The notes beneath the pieces were generated by a model. The model saw only the letters and a program-made list of their open reading frames with translations. It had not been told where the DNA came from and ran no database searches. From the human T2T-CHM13v2.0 reference genome, Homo sapiens, in the NCBI RefSeq assembly GCF_009914755.1, contig NC_060947.1: a stretch of DNA of 64,000 nucleotides. One strand, written 5' to 3'. The translations under genes were made by a program, and so were the position numbers. This document shows positions 30,442 through 43,035 of the stretch, piece by piece (position 1 is the first letter of the stretch; the number at the start of each line of letters is the position of its first letter).

Positions 30442-31694
30442 TTTTTGTAACTTTTATTTTATATTTAGGGGTACATTTGCAGGTTTGTCATATAGGTAAA
30501 CTTCTCTCATGGGGGGTTGTTGTATAGATTATTTCATCATCCAGGTATTAAGCCTAGTACCTATTAGTTATTTTTTCTGGTTCTCTTCCTTCTACCACCC
30601 TCTACCCTCCGGTAAGCCCCAGTGTATGTCATTCCTCTCTATGTGTCCATGTGTTCTCATCATTTAGCTCCTACTTATAAGTGAGAACATGTGGAATTTG
30701 GTTTTCTGTTCCTGCATTAATCTGATAAAGATAATGGCTCCTAGCTTCATCCATATTCCTGCAAAGGATATAACCTTGTTCTTTCTTTTTTTGGCTTTAT
30801 ATTATTCCATGGTGTATATGTACCATATTTTCTTTATTCAATCTACCATTAATGGGCATTTAGGTTGATTCTGTGTCTTTGCTATTGCGGTAGTGCTGCA
30901 ATGAACATATGTGTGCATGTGTGTTTATGACAACTAGATTTCTATTTCTTTGGGTAAATAACCAGTAATTGGATTGCTGGGTTGAATGGTAGTTCTGTAG
31001 TTAGGTCTTTGAGGAATCACCACACTGCTTTCCACAATGGTTGAACTAAGAGCACACCAAGAGTATACAAGCATTGCATGTTCTCTGCAACCTGGCCAAC
31101 ATCTGTTATTTTTTGACTTTTAAATAATCATTCTGACTGTTGTGAGATAGAATCTCATTGTGGTTGAAAAGACTTCCTATTCAATAAACGGTGCTGGGGT
31201 AATTGGCTAACCATAAGCAGAATATTGAAACTGGAAAACTTCCTTAAACCACACACAAAAATCAACTCAGGCTGGATAAAGGACTTTAATGTAAAGCCCA
31301 GTACTATGAGAAACAAGGAAGACAACCTAAGCAATGCTATCCTGGACATAGGAGTGGACAAAGATTTCATGATGTAGATGCCAAAAGCAATTGCAACAAA
31401 AGCACAAATTGACAAACAGGATGTATTTAAACTAAAGAGCTTCTGTACAGCAAAATAAACTATTAACAGAGTAAACAGACAATCTACATAACGGGAGAAA
31501 ATTTTTGCTAACTATGCATCTGACAAAAGTCTAATATCCTGCATCTATGAGAAATTTAAACAATTCTATAAGAAAAAAAACATTAAAAATAAGCAGAGGA
31601 CATGAACAGACACTTTTCAAAAGATGACATACATGCCGCCAACAAACATGTGAAATAAAGCTCAGCATCACTCATCATCAGAGAAATGCAAATC
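30442..31694 (-). mobile_element. 5'-inverted L1PA13-16-like element: minus part 30442-31165, inverted plus part 31166-31694
   Basis: 3' UTR ggttgttgtatagattatttcatcatccaggtattaagcctagtacc. Minus part ends ctcattgtggtt and plus part ends gagaaatgcaaatc, near-contiguous in consensus (gcaaatc|aaaaccacaatgag). Confidence 0.9.
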
Positions 31695-31914
31695 TGTTTT
31701 TTTCAATTTTTTTGGTCATTCATATGTCCGCTTTTGAGAAATGTCAATTCCAATTATTTGTCAATCAGATTATTTGTTTTTGTACTGTTCAGTTGTTTTA
31801 GTTTCTTGTTTATTCTGGTTATTAATCTCCTGTCAAAAGAATGACTATGCTACTAAAACAATATACAGATTGAATGCAATCTCTATCAAAATACTCATGA
31901 CAGCCTTCACAGAA

Positions 31915-31915
<1 letters not shown>

Positions 31916-31945
<30 letters not shown>

Positions 31946-31958
31946 CATATATATATAT
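31916..31958. repeat. (TA)n microsatellite with a TACA interruption
   Basis: Direct reading of the sequence. Confidence 0.95.
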
Positions 31959-33224
31959 GTACAGTACATATGTAACCACAAAATATTTTGGCTAGCCAGA
32001 GGAATCCTGAGCAAAATAATAATAATAAATAAAGCTGTAGGTGTCATACTACCAGATATCAAAATATACCACAAAGTTATAGTAACCAAAACAGCATGGT
32101 ACTGGCATGAAAAACAGACACATAGACCAATAGAGCCGAATAGAGAGCCAAGAAATAAATCCAGATATTTATAGTCAATTGATTTTTCACCATTGTACAA
32201 AGAATAATCATTTGGGAAAGGACAGTTTATTCAATAGATGGTGCTGGGAAAACTGAAGATCTACATGCAGCCCCTTGAAACTAGACCCCTATCCCAGCAT
32301 ATACACCTCAAAATGGACTAAATAAATGTGACACCCTAATCTGTAAAGCTATTAGAAGAAAACATAAGAAAAATTGTTCAAAATTAATCTGGCAAAATAT
32401 TTTACAAATAAGACCTTAAAAGCCCAGGCAACAAAAGCAAAAATAGATAAATGAAGTTATATCAAAGTAAGAAGGTTCTGCACAGCAAAGGAAACAATCA
32501 ACAAAGTAGAAAGACAACCTACAAAATGGTAGAAAATATTTGCATTTACTAAATTTTAAACCATCTGTGTATATAATTTCCAAACTATAAAAAAATTGCA
32601 TCATGTAATATTATGTACATGTCTGCATTTCCCATATCAATAACACCATTTAGCCTCTGTTGGAGTCCCATCATCTCCCTAACGACTGAAGCTGCAAGCT
32701 GTCTCAATATTGAATTTAGCAATATTATGATTAGCTTCTGAACAGTATCTTCAGGGGTAATTTAAAATCCAAGCCCATACTTTTGGTAGCACTTGACTAT
32801 TTTACAAGTAAGTGACTTTTCAAATGGCATGAACATGTTCTCATTCTTCCATCTATAATCTTCCAAAATTTTATGTATATATCACTTTAAGTATATCACC
32901 AATTCCAATCTAGTTTTCTTAATAATCTTGAGACCCTCTGTAGCAACAGCATAAATAAAGTCATAATATTTAGAACCCACAAAAGTAATTACGTTGATTT
33001 ATACAGATTCTTTCCCTATTGTTATAATAGTTTATTTTAAAATGGTAACCCAAGAAAATTGCTTAATTGAAGTGAAATGTAAACACTTATCTTTAAAAAG
33101 ATGGCTCTGGAATAATGAAACATCTGCTTTATTCTCATGACCATATATTACTGCCCTGACAACTCTAATCATTTCCACGCAGGCTATCTTTAAAATAGTA
33201 TTGAGATGGTAATTCCACAATTAA

Positions 33225-33360
33225 CTTCCTGTGTGACCTTGGGCTGTGACCTTGGGCAAGCCACTTGTCTCCTGTGGACCTTTTTTCCCTCATCGGTAAA
33301 GAAAAAAAAATTATTAAATGAGTTCTTATGCCCTTTCTAGCTCTAAATTTTATCATATCC
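33225..33360 (+). mobile_element. MIR SINE
   Basis: tgtgaccttgggcaagccactt core, with the 13-mer tgtgaccttgggc tandemly duplicated. Confidence 0.75.
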
Positions 33361-33574
33361 ATGTCAATTTTTCACGTGGGGATTTCATAACAGTGAGTAT
33401 CATTTGCTCATATTTTAGATAGCCAGTGCCAATTTGAGGGAAACTAACATTTAAAAAGTAATAAAACAGTATTAGTGACCTTGCTAAAACTGACATTATA
33501 TTCTTTTAATATTCACAATTCATGTAAGTAGAGGTAGGAGAAAAAAAAACTAAATTGGAAATAAAAGCAAATAT

Positions 33575-33800
33575 GCACTAAGCGATAACCCTGTGCTAGG
33601 CACTCTTTTGTGTGTTTTACATCTATTAAGCTATTTAACCTTCTGAACAATTCTGTAAACTAGGTTTTAGTATTACACTTATTTTACTCCTAAGGAAGCC
33701 GAGGGAAAAGGGAAAAATGGTAACATCATGAAACTGGTAACAGTCAAAACTGGGGTTCAAACCAAGACAAGCAGAATCCCGAGTCCATGCTCATATTTAC
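33575..33800 (-). mobile_element. MIR SINE
   Basis: tatttaaccttctgaacaattctgtaaactagg...aaggaagccgagg...ctggggttcaaacc. Confidence 0.65.
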
Positions 33801-33944
33801 CACATTCTGTTACCTCTAAACAGTCCAGCTTATACGTGCTTCTTTAAGATACTCACACATGTCTTTGAAGGAGCTCAATGATGATGCTCTACTTTTTCAG
33901 GGCAGAACCCCAAGAGGTCACATTAGCTGTATAGCCTTGCCTGC

Positions 33945-34302
33945 TGGTGTAGTCTTTTTTCTGTTGTTATAACAGAATACCACAGACTGGGTATTTATAA
34001 TAACTTTATTTGGCTCATGGTTCTGGAGGCTGAAAAGTCTAAGACAATGGTGTTGTTATCTGGCAAAGGTCTTCATGCTGCTTTATCCCATGAGGCAAGG
34101 CAGAGGGGCAAGAAAGAGCAAGAGCAAGTGAAGGCTAAACTTTCTTTTATAACAACCCAGTGTCAAGATGATGACATTAATCCACTCATGAGAGCAGAGC
34201 CCTCACAGCCTAATCACCACTTAATGGTCCTGCTTCTTAGTACTGTCACAATGGCAATTAAATGTCAACATGAGTTTTGGAGGGGACATTCAAACCATAG
34301 CA
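33945..34302 (-). mobile_element. MSTC/MSTD-like MaLR solo LTR
   Basis: ataacagaataccacagactggg...ggctcatggttctggaggctg...ggaggggacattcaaaccatagca; TSD-like cctgc / cctgt. Confidence 0.85.
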
Positions 34303-34614
34303 CCTGTGCTTAGGAGCAGCAACACCATGGCTTTCAGAACTGACTCTACTCACCAATTCTCCCTTGAACACTGAGCCATTTCAATGAGCTTCGGTCTGTC
34401 TCATCCCAAGGCAGAAGAACCAGCACAAATACATGCAGTTATGGCAAAAACAGAAACACTGACATCCTCTTTAGGTCTTTTCATGAATTTAATGACAGAG
34501 CTGGGATTTCTCTCTTTATTTTTTCCCACGTGTTTATATCTAGTCTCCCTGCATAAATAATAAGTGACTTTTGGCAGAGATAATGTATATTGAATAATTT
34601 GTAGCCCTCAGAGT

Positions 34615-35400
34615 AGTGAATGTTTATTGAGCATCTAGTCAATGCCAGACATAGCTTTAGATCCTGAGGTTGTAGAAATGAATAAAATAAAGTTTCGTTT
34701 TTGAAGAGCTCATAGATTTGCAGGGAGACACACATGTATATAGCCCAAACAGGTAAGTGACATAAAAATGTAATAATTACATGGCTGTACATGCACGGAG
34801 AAGAGAATCATTCACTTTGCTGAGAGAAGATAAAGCAGTGTATATGACCATGAGCTTTGGAGTCAGACACAATTTGGTTTGAATTTTGGTGCCTCAATTT
34901 TCAAGCTATGTGACCTTAAAGAAGAAATTTAACTTCTCTGATTCTCAAGTCTTTTATCTGTGAAATGGGATTAGTAATGAGGTTTAAATAAGAAAATTCA
35001 CCTAGCAAATGTCTGGCGTAGAGTAGGTTTTAAATACATAGCAGCTACGGTTAATATTAGGGAAATTCTTATGGAGAAGAAATCAGTTGATGTAGCCCTT
35101 GAAGAAGGTACATGAAAAGATAATGGGACAATATTTCAGTTAAGGAAAATAGCATGAGATATTGCACGGAGGAAGAAAAAGGCATCTTTGCTAAAGGAAA
35201 GGAAAATAATTTTGTACGACTCTTGAGAATTTTAGAGGTTTGGGGTCAGAATGAAAAGAGCGCTTGAAAAACAAGCTACAATTAGACTGATAAGGGCCTT
35301 AAAAATCACGGTCAAAGGATCTTGAACTCCAGCCTATAGGAAAAGCAGAATAATAGAAGGAGCTTAAATATGGAGTGGGATGGAAAGATGACATATTATC
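34615..35400 (-). mobile_element. L2 fragment interrupted by a plus-strand MIR (about 34835-35055)
   Basis: gaatgtttattgagcatct...tgccagacatag (L2); gctttggagtcagac...gctatgtgacctt...tctgtgaaatgggatta (MIR). Confidence 0.7.
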
Positions 35401-36849
35401 TCATCTATATTTTTAATGCCTCAGGAATAGAGTGTGATCATCTTTCAGATTATATTGTTATCCCTGAGTAAATCTTTTTCAGGATGACTTTAATTCCAAG
35501 GCAAAAAGCTGATGAGAAAGCTGCCTACCAGCAGCCATTAATTCAGTCTACATTCTTTAATTGCAATTCTCAAAACTGTCCACTAATACATTTTCTAAAA
35601 TAATAATAGTCCAACAGGGAAAACAGTTTGCTGGTTCTGCATTTTTCATTCAGCAGTAAGGAAAAAACCCTTCACTATTTAGCTTGACTCAAGGTTGCAA
35701 ATTTTATTGGATTTTATCACCTTAAAGAGCCCATGTTTTTTATTATTGTAACCATATATAAATTTTCTAAAAGATTCCCAAAGGCCACACAACCAAACTA
35801 TAGACAATGGAGAAAGTTTATCTTGAAAGCTTATCTCATTTTTGCATTTGCCTCTGCCGTCTTTGACCCAGGAGTCCCAATAGCTGACGTTGAATTCATA
35901 GAGCTCATTTCAAGGCCTTTAGACAATGTTTCTCCTCCCAGAATCCATCAGCCACAGTTCAAAAAAAAAATTAATTATCTTTTCACAAAATGGATTCTTT
36001 TCAAGATGAAGTCTGAATTTTACCTCTGGCCATTCTTTGATGGAGTTGAGAAATATGACCACAATTACAGATGGCTCAGGGGACAACACAACTAATTCAC
36101 ACGGTGACATGAAATCAGTCACTCTTTATCTCAAGCCCCATTTCCACTTCCGTAAAGGAGAGTTTTAGGCTGCAGAGTCTGAGAGGGACCATTTAGTGCG
36201 GACATTCTCGACTTCATTTAAGCATTTAGGTTTTCCTATTAGTTTGAGAACAAAGTGTTTAATAACCTGGGAAGAAATTATAGCAGAGAAGTATCACATA
36301 CCAAAATTATAGACAGCTACTAGACAACATTTACTGTGCATTTACTGTATATCAGACTCTCTTGGACGTGTTTGTAATAATCCCATATTAATCATAGGGT
36401 ACCATACCTATAAGGTGGAATATGGTAGAGTTTAATTCCTTTGGGACAAGTTCCCAAGGAAACTCCTGGAAGAGAAAAATCTTTAAATTTGTCCAGTGAC
36501 TAAAGTCCTAAAGTCCGTTTCAGAGCAGCCGTTTCTGTTTCCACAGTTGCCCAACTTTGCCACCTCCCCACAACTCTCTTGAGTATGACCAAAAATATAG
36601 TTACTATATACCCCCGTCATCACTATAATGATGGCTGGCAGATTAAAAATACGCCAAACAGAGCAAAGCTCCATGTGTGAAGCACTAACATAAAGGTACT
36701 TATAGAGAACCATCAGGTCCAAACTCGATCCCTGCAATCATGCATGATATTTCTTGAGGCAATTTTAACTGAGATTGACGATACCCGGGAAGGTGAACTT
36801 CTTACTGCTTTTCAGTTATACCCTCAACTACTGCTGTGATAAATTAGAA

Positions 36850-37020
36850 TATTTCAGCTGAAAATCTGAAGGTATGGGTTCTAGTCTTTACTAGTAAGAG
36901 TAATTAGTTGTGTTAAATGTGAACAAGACACAAAGTGTCTGGGCCTCAGTTTCTTCATATATGAAAGGAGAAAGCTAAACTGGATGATCTTCAATATTTC
37001 AGCTGGTCTAACATTTTGTG
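36850..37020 (+). mobile_element. MIR/MIR3 SINE
   Basis: tgggttctagtc...tctgggcctcagtttcttcatatatgaaagg...ctggatgatctt. Confidence 0.7.
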
Positions 37021-37204
37021 GTTATCAGGAAATCCGTTTCTTGTTCCCCATATGTCGCATATACTTCTGTGGCTCTCAGAGACTATCTCCTTCTATTTAT
37101 AAATAGATTTTAATATTCATTTGGAAGATACAGACTTTTTAATTAATCAAAATGTTCAATGTAGTATTTTATCATTTACAAAAATTGACATACTTTTTAA
37201 TAAT

Positions 37205-37337
37205 TAATTTTATTATTTTTTTAAGTTCCAAGGTACATGTGCAGGATGTGCAGGTTTGTTACATAGGTGGTTTCCTGCACCTAACAACCTATCATCTAGG
37301 TATTAAGCCCATATGCATTAGCTCTTTTCCCTAATGT
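37205..37337 (-). mobile_element. Short 5'-truncated L1PA (about PA8-10) 3' end
   Basis: ttttttaagttccaaggtacatgtgcaggatgtgcaggtttgttacatagg...aggtattaagccc...gcattagct. Confidence 0.88.
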
Positions 37338-38354
37338 TATGTTTGACTATTCTATAAAGTATTCCAAAGCACATAGCAGTGTGAGAATTGAAAGGTACAG
37401 GCATGCATTAATGAGCAACACATCAAGGAGTCTGGAGACTCTTCAAGTAGTCCGTTTTCCAGACAATTCTCTGAGATTTCATCCTATTTAAAACCCTGCC
37501 ATCTTTTTAGTTGACAAGGTATAATAACTTTCTCACACTTCTTTAATAAGTCACCCAAGCATTCCACCTTGGCCAAAGAGAATAATTCATATAATTTAAA
37601 TAAACCTTCCACATAGGTGTCCACTGAGTGATCAAGCTTGACCTAATCTTATGATGGAGCCAAGTGAGTATATGACTTCATTATGCCTATATATCAAGTA
37701 GCTCAGCAAAAAAGTAGGCAATTTTAAACATTTCCATAGGAAGCTTCCTGTAACAGTGGGACAAGATATATAGCCAAGCATCTGCTGAACTCTCCCTACG
37801 AGGATAAGGCAAAACCACAGCCCAGATTTTGTGGTATGGTCTCAATCTGAAACATCTTTTCCCATTGTTCCCATAAAGTATCAGAATATCCTGAAGATTC
37901 CAATATTCCAGTATTCAAACTACTTCTACCACCATGCATCTTGTTTCAAATATGAAACCTAGAGCTTTTTTTTGTCACCACTCTGTTAGGTTCCAAGACA
38001 TCTGGAAGAATATTCAAATGTGGTCTATTACTAGAAAAAGAACAATCTAACTCTTAGAAGACTATAACCACACTCATTTTCTAAAGGATAACACAAAATT
38101 TTTCTTTAGTTTCCCCATCACTCAAAATGGAAACACCTTCATTGGGCATAGGAAGTCTTCCTTCCTCCCTGATTTCCCTCTATTTGCTCTTTTTTACTCA
38201 CCATCCTCTTCCCTGGATCCTACCTTAGTGTAGTGAGAGTCAGGGAATCTTCATTCTCAGCTTCCTCATGGAAGATTTGACTCCCTACCATGAAGATGTA
38301 TATATCCCACTCATGAGGTTAGCTTAGGACTTTCAGAGAAAAACAGTTAGTTGC

Positions 38355-38560
38355 AACTAACACTCAGTATGTGCCGGGCACTGTCCAAGTACTTTGCATA
38401 AGCATTTGTTTCTCTCAGAAAATCTATGAGTTAAGTGCATTTATTAACTCTTCCATTTTACAGATTAAGATATAACCTAAGCATAAAGAGATTAAATAAC
38501 ATGCCTCATCTCTAAACCGAAGCAGTCTGTGTTTGCAGTCCATGCTATAGCCACTGAACC
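38355..38560 (-). mobile_element. MIR SINE
   Basis: tatgtgccgggcactgtccaagtactttgc...ccattttacagat...gagattaaataacatgcc. Confidence 0.75.
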
Positions 38561-39639
38561 ACCTTTTAATATATTACAAATACTCTTAAATATGGGAAGA
38601 ATTGGATGGAGGAAGAAGAATTTGTTCACATTGCAACTTGAAAGTTTCAAATCAGAAATCAGTGATGAAAACATGATAAATGATAAAATCTCAGTATAAA
38701 TTATTTTCTTTTATTATATAGCCCCTCATTTTAAGCATATGTACCCCCAAATGAAAACATAACATACCTGAAGCTTCAGAATAAAAGAATCTGCACATAT
38801 TTGAATTTCTGCCTCTTTCCTCTGTGAATCTGAGCAAACAAAACATTGTTTCTGTTGGTTCTCAGTATTAGGCAGTAAAAGATTTAATAATGCAGTAAGC
38901 AGGGCTTTATTTTTTATCTTTAAATGACCTTTTAAATCAGGTTTTACTGAGGGCTTAATTTTTTCTCTGAAAATCTTTAATACACAGAATAAGAAAAAGG
39001 AAGAATTAGTAAAACCGTAACCATATTTTTTATTAAGAAAAAATATTATTTTGGGGATACAAAAATACATGGAAAAGAAAGGGTAACCTGCCTACTTAAT
39101 GCATAAGTCTGTTTTGATCCTTTAAACAAAGAATGTGTTTCTCTTACAAAAATAACCTGGTATAAAAAACATCTCTTTGAGGACCACAACCCCCAAGTAT
39201 GTACTTGCTAGGAACACGTTATCTACAGCTGGTTTGTATCACACTTGCACAAGCAAAGATGTTCTAACCAGTCTGTTTACTGTACCTAAGTATAATAAAA
39301 GCTGTCTACTAACCTTCTCTACTACAAGCCACTTTTATTTGTTGATTTCAAATAGACACTCTGGTGCCCCTCTAAATGAGAGAAATTCTTAAAGACACCA
39401 GCCACTGTTTACTCAATGGGTTTGACAGATCAACGCAAAGAAAATGGTGCAAAGTCTGCCAGGATACTCTATTCTTCAAACCTTCAGAGCCAGAAACTGT
39501 GCTCAAAATAGGGCAGCGGTTTCTCAGAGGATTTCTGAACCGTGGAGAAGAAATTTGTTTCTACCGAATCTACTGACATCTTCTCAGTCTGGAAGCTTAG
39601 AATCAAATCAGCCCTTTGCCACAGGGATGACTAGAGGAT

Positions 39640-39658
39640 CAGCCACATGGTGGCGCCA
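39640..39658 (+). promoter_or_regulatory. Candidate CTCF binding motif
   Basis: CAGCCACATGGTGGCGCCA versus core CCASYAGRKGGCRC: two mismatches (AT for YA), CpG retained, in non-repeat DNA. Motif match only. Confidence 0.45.
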
Positions 39659-40299
39659 TCTTATGTGGTAGAGTCTGCAAAGGCCCTCCCCATAGGCCTT
39701 CTGCTTAGTGGTCGACTGTGGTCCGTTGCAATTATGCCTCAGTTTCACAGTCCCTTCATGCCACCCACTCACATACTCCCCTTCCGTTCCCTTAGTATAA
39801 ACATGCCTACTCTAGACAGGGTCACTGACTTTGCTTAGGAAAGCCTACAAAATAATAATGCACAGCACTTGCTCTCCAAGTGTTTACAGTCTAACTGGGG
39901 CAGGTGAGACATTTAGATAAATAAATAATTCTAATACAAGGTAAAAATGTAAAGGTTTCTTATAGTCTTTGCATTGTTTAGGAGAAAGAAAAAATTATCT
40001 GAGCTAAGAGGAGTTAGGGAAATTTTGTCGAGGTAGAAGCACCAGAGAATTTTCCTTTTGCATATGCTCTTCTTCGTCTGCTTTTCAGAGTATACATTCC
40101 TCTCTTCTGGATACCACTCAATTATTTCACCATTTTACCTTGCATATATTCCTCTCATATTTTAATGCATATTCCAATTATATCTTGATATGTGTACCTC
40201 TCATATAATACTTCTGTACCCCATAAGAGCAGAGGCCACACCTTAGTGTCTGCTGGATCCCCATCCTGCTCACTGTCTTCAGTATATGTTGAATTAAAT

Positions 40300-40545
40300 A
40301 ATAATAGCAAATATGTACTATTGAGAGCTCTTCCAGGTGGGTTACATAAATGCTTTACATTTAATCCTCCCAACAACAAAATAAGGTCAGTATCCTTCTT
40401 ATGTCTATTTTACAGATAAGGAAACTGAACCACAGAGGAGTTAAGTAACTTCCCCAAGTTCACACAGTTCTAAAGTATTGTGAGCCAGGACTTGAACCTA
40501 GGCAGTCTTCCTTCAAAGTTTGAACTCCACTCCATTGTTCTGCCT
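40300..40545 (-). mobile_element. MIR SINE (well preserved)
   Basis: catttaatcctcccaacaac...ttttacagataaggaaactgaaccacagaggagttaagtaacttccccaagttcacacag...ggacttgaacctaggcagtct. Confidence 0.9.
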
Positions 40546-42924
40546 CTGTAAACACACAATACGTGAGTTTGATCTAAGTGATATGATTTGAATTTTAATA
40601 TTGGCAGAAGGAGATCCCAAGTGGAGATTTTAGTATTAGTAAAGGTGTATCAAAGAGAAAATGTAGGAGTGCATAAGAGGCAAAAAAGAGTTTAATTTTA
40701 CTGGAATAGGGAATGCATATGTTAAAAGTGGTGATACAAAAAAGGTATAAGGTTGGAAATGAGCTGGCAGAGAGGGACTAGGTAGTCTTGGGGCCGTCAT
40801 CTCCCCATCATTCTTGACAAAAAACTAAGCCCTCTGTGGTTCTTTTCATGTTTTTCTCACCACATATAATCTGGTTGAGGTCCTTTGACTTCTCCTCTGT
40901 ATTTTTTTTTCTTGAATTTATCTTCTCTCCAGTTCACCTACCTCTAGAGCAGGGGCTAAATGAATACCTCCTACTCGGATTACTGAGAATGTCACACAAC
41001 TAAGATCTTTGTTGACGTGCCCATCCAGGAGCAGAAATACTCTTGAAATACACTGTGATTGCCACACTACTACTCAAAAAGCCCCAATGACTCCCCTTGC
41101 CTGAAGAACAAAAGCATGGTATGGTGAGTTATTCTCTACTCAGTTCTGTATCTGTGTGCTTCTGTGGTTGGTTGTGCTGAGCCCAGACTAATAGGATTTT
41201 CATGAGCTAATTGGTCAGATTCTGGGCAAGGGTCAAGATTCTGGACAGAACCTGATAGAACTTTTCAGGGAGACTCAATGATACAGTGCAAGAGCAGAGC
41301 TGTTTTATCATCTAAGTGTCAAAAAGAGGCCCACAATTGGAGCCCTCAGAGGTTTTCCACTAGCAAAGACATGGGACCCTAAAGACTTGAAGATTTAGAG
41401 CAACAAGGAAGAGGGCATTCGGTACAAAGATTAGAGTTCTTACGATAGACAGTGATGAAAGTGAAGTATGCGGTAGAGGACTCCTCAAAATAACAAGAGG
41501 ATTAACTTTAATAGAGATAATTCATGACAATTAATCTTGTGGCGATTCATGGTGTCCAAATTTGGATTTTAAATAATGTAACTCTTGGACACTCTTGAAA
41601 TTTGTCACCAGAAACTGTTAGGCAAGTCTTGACCTAGAGCAAGAGAGAGAACTTCTCTCTGCTTTCTCCTAGCTTCTCCACATAAAGATGAGTTGTTAAT
41701 TGAATTGGGTCAAAGTTTGGGACACTGATAAGGTGATGTTTAATAGTGTCTTGGGTCGTTGTGTGACAAAGTCATACACATGGATGTAGTCCTCTTTCCT
41801 CCCCCACCCCAATCCATACTATCAGACTGACAAATTGAACTGGGTTGGCATTCTAAGGCAACGGATGGCCACCTTACCCTCTCTTTCTTCTCTTTACTCC
41901 ATCCCTTTATAGCGTAAGCTGAGCTAGAAAGCAGTGTCAGTGAATTAAGCCAGGAGATCTTGATATCATTTGTTTCCTCTTATGTATAAGCTGTAAGGAA
42001 TCCACTGTGTGACCCTCTGCAGTTCACTGGTGATAAAAGCCATATTTAAAGGGATGAGACAGCCATTTCTGTCCACAGGGTTATTAAAGTAACACAAATA
42101 CAGGTTAGTCATTCTTAATTACAAAGTTCACAATTTATTCCAAAATACATAGCTGCAGTATTGGCAATCAGAAAAGTATTTCAAGCCTAATAGCAGTAAA
42201 ATACTGTTACTCCCAAGCTGCTGGCCTCTCTTCTGAAGTAAGGCTTTCTCAAAATCTGTCTGATTAAGTCTCAAGCTATCCATCAGAGATATGTGAGATG
42301 CTTGTCAAAACAAAACAAAACTAAACCAGTGTCCCACTGCTGGGGATGAAACAGAGACTTCCTTAGCTGCAAAGTTCTGGGTTTTCCACAGTTTATTTTC
42401 TATTCTTTCTCAGTTTCTCCATGGGTGAACTTGGCTACCCCATTTCAGCATTCCAGCCAATCAGCCTAGCAACTCTGCTTCAGTAGCTTAGAAAATCAAG
42501 ATCATTCCATTTTAGTATTTTATGTAATCCCATTTTGACATGTGTGAAAAGAAGCTGGACCTCAGTAGTCCTTTTTTAGAGCAATGTTTCAGTTCATAGA
42601 GATACATCTCAAACAGAAATTTTAATATTTATCTATGTGTCCCTCTCTCAAATATTTGATAGAGTTCAAGTGTTTATTTCATAACATCTATTATAAAAAT
42701 CCTGTTGCCTTTTTTGTCCTTCAGACACCTCTCTCCTCCAACCTATTGCAACTCTTCACAACTAGCTCCTGATTTGTTTCATCCCTCAACATACACAACA
42801 CTTGGTGGTGGCTGGGGTGGGGAGTAGAAAGTGGAGAATACTTCTTTGGTACTTTACATACTTTCTCAAGAAAATCCAACTATTCCCATCTCTCATTGGG
42901 AAATAATGGAAAATGCAAATTAGC

Positions 42925-43035
42925 TCATTCATTTGGTGTCTACTCATTGAGCACTTGCTATGTGCAAGACACTCTTCCAGGTACCAAGGACAGAGCTATG
43001 AACAAAGCAACAAAGGGGAACCTCTACCTCCATGA
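42925..43035 (-). mobile_element. L2 3' terminus
   Basis: cattcatttgg...attgagcacttgctatgtgcaagacact. Confidence 0.75.

Larger units (their letters stand above)
29525..32544 (-). mobile_element. 5'-inverted L1MA (about MA5-7): minus-strand 3' part 29525-30150 and 31695-31835, inverted plus-strand part 31836-32544
   Basis: Minus part ends attaatctcctgtca and plus part ends gaaaatatttgca; these are near-adjacent in the L1 consensus (gaaaatatttgcaaactat...tctgacaagggattaat). Interrupted by 30151-31694. Confidence 0.82.

Noticed and set aside
39376-39576. 66-aa ORF with a CKVC (CxxC) motif
   Set aside because: A single CxxC with no partner and no recognisable family or clear splice context; the region is better treated as a regulatory candidate.
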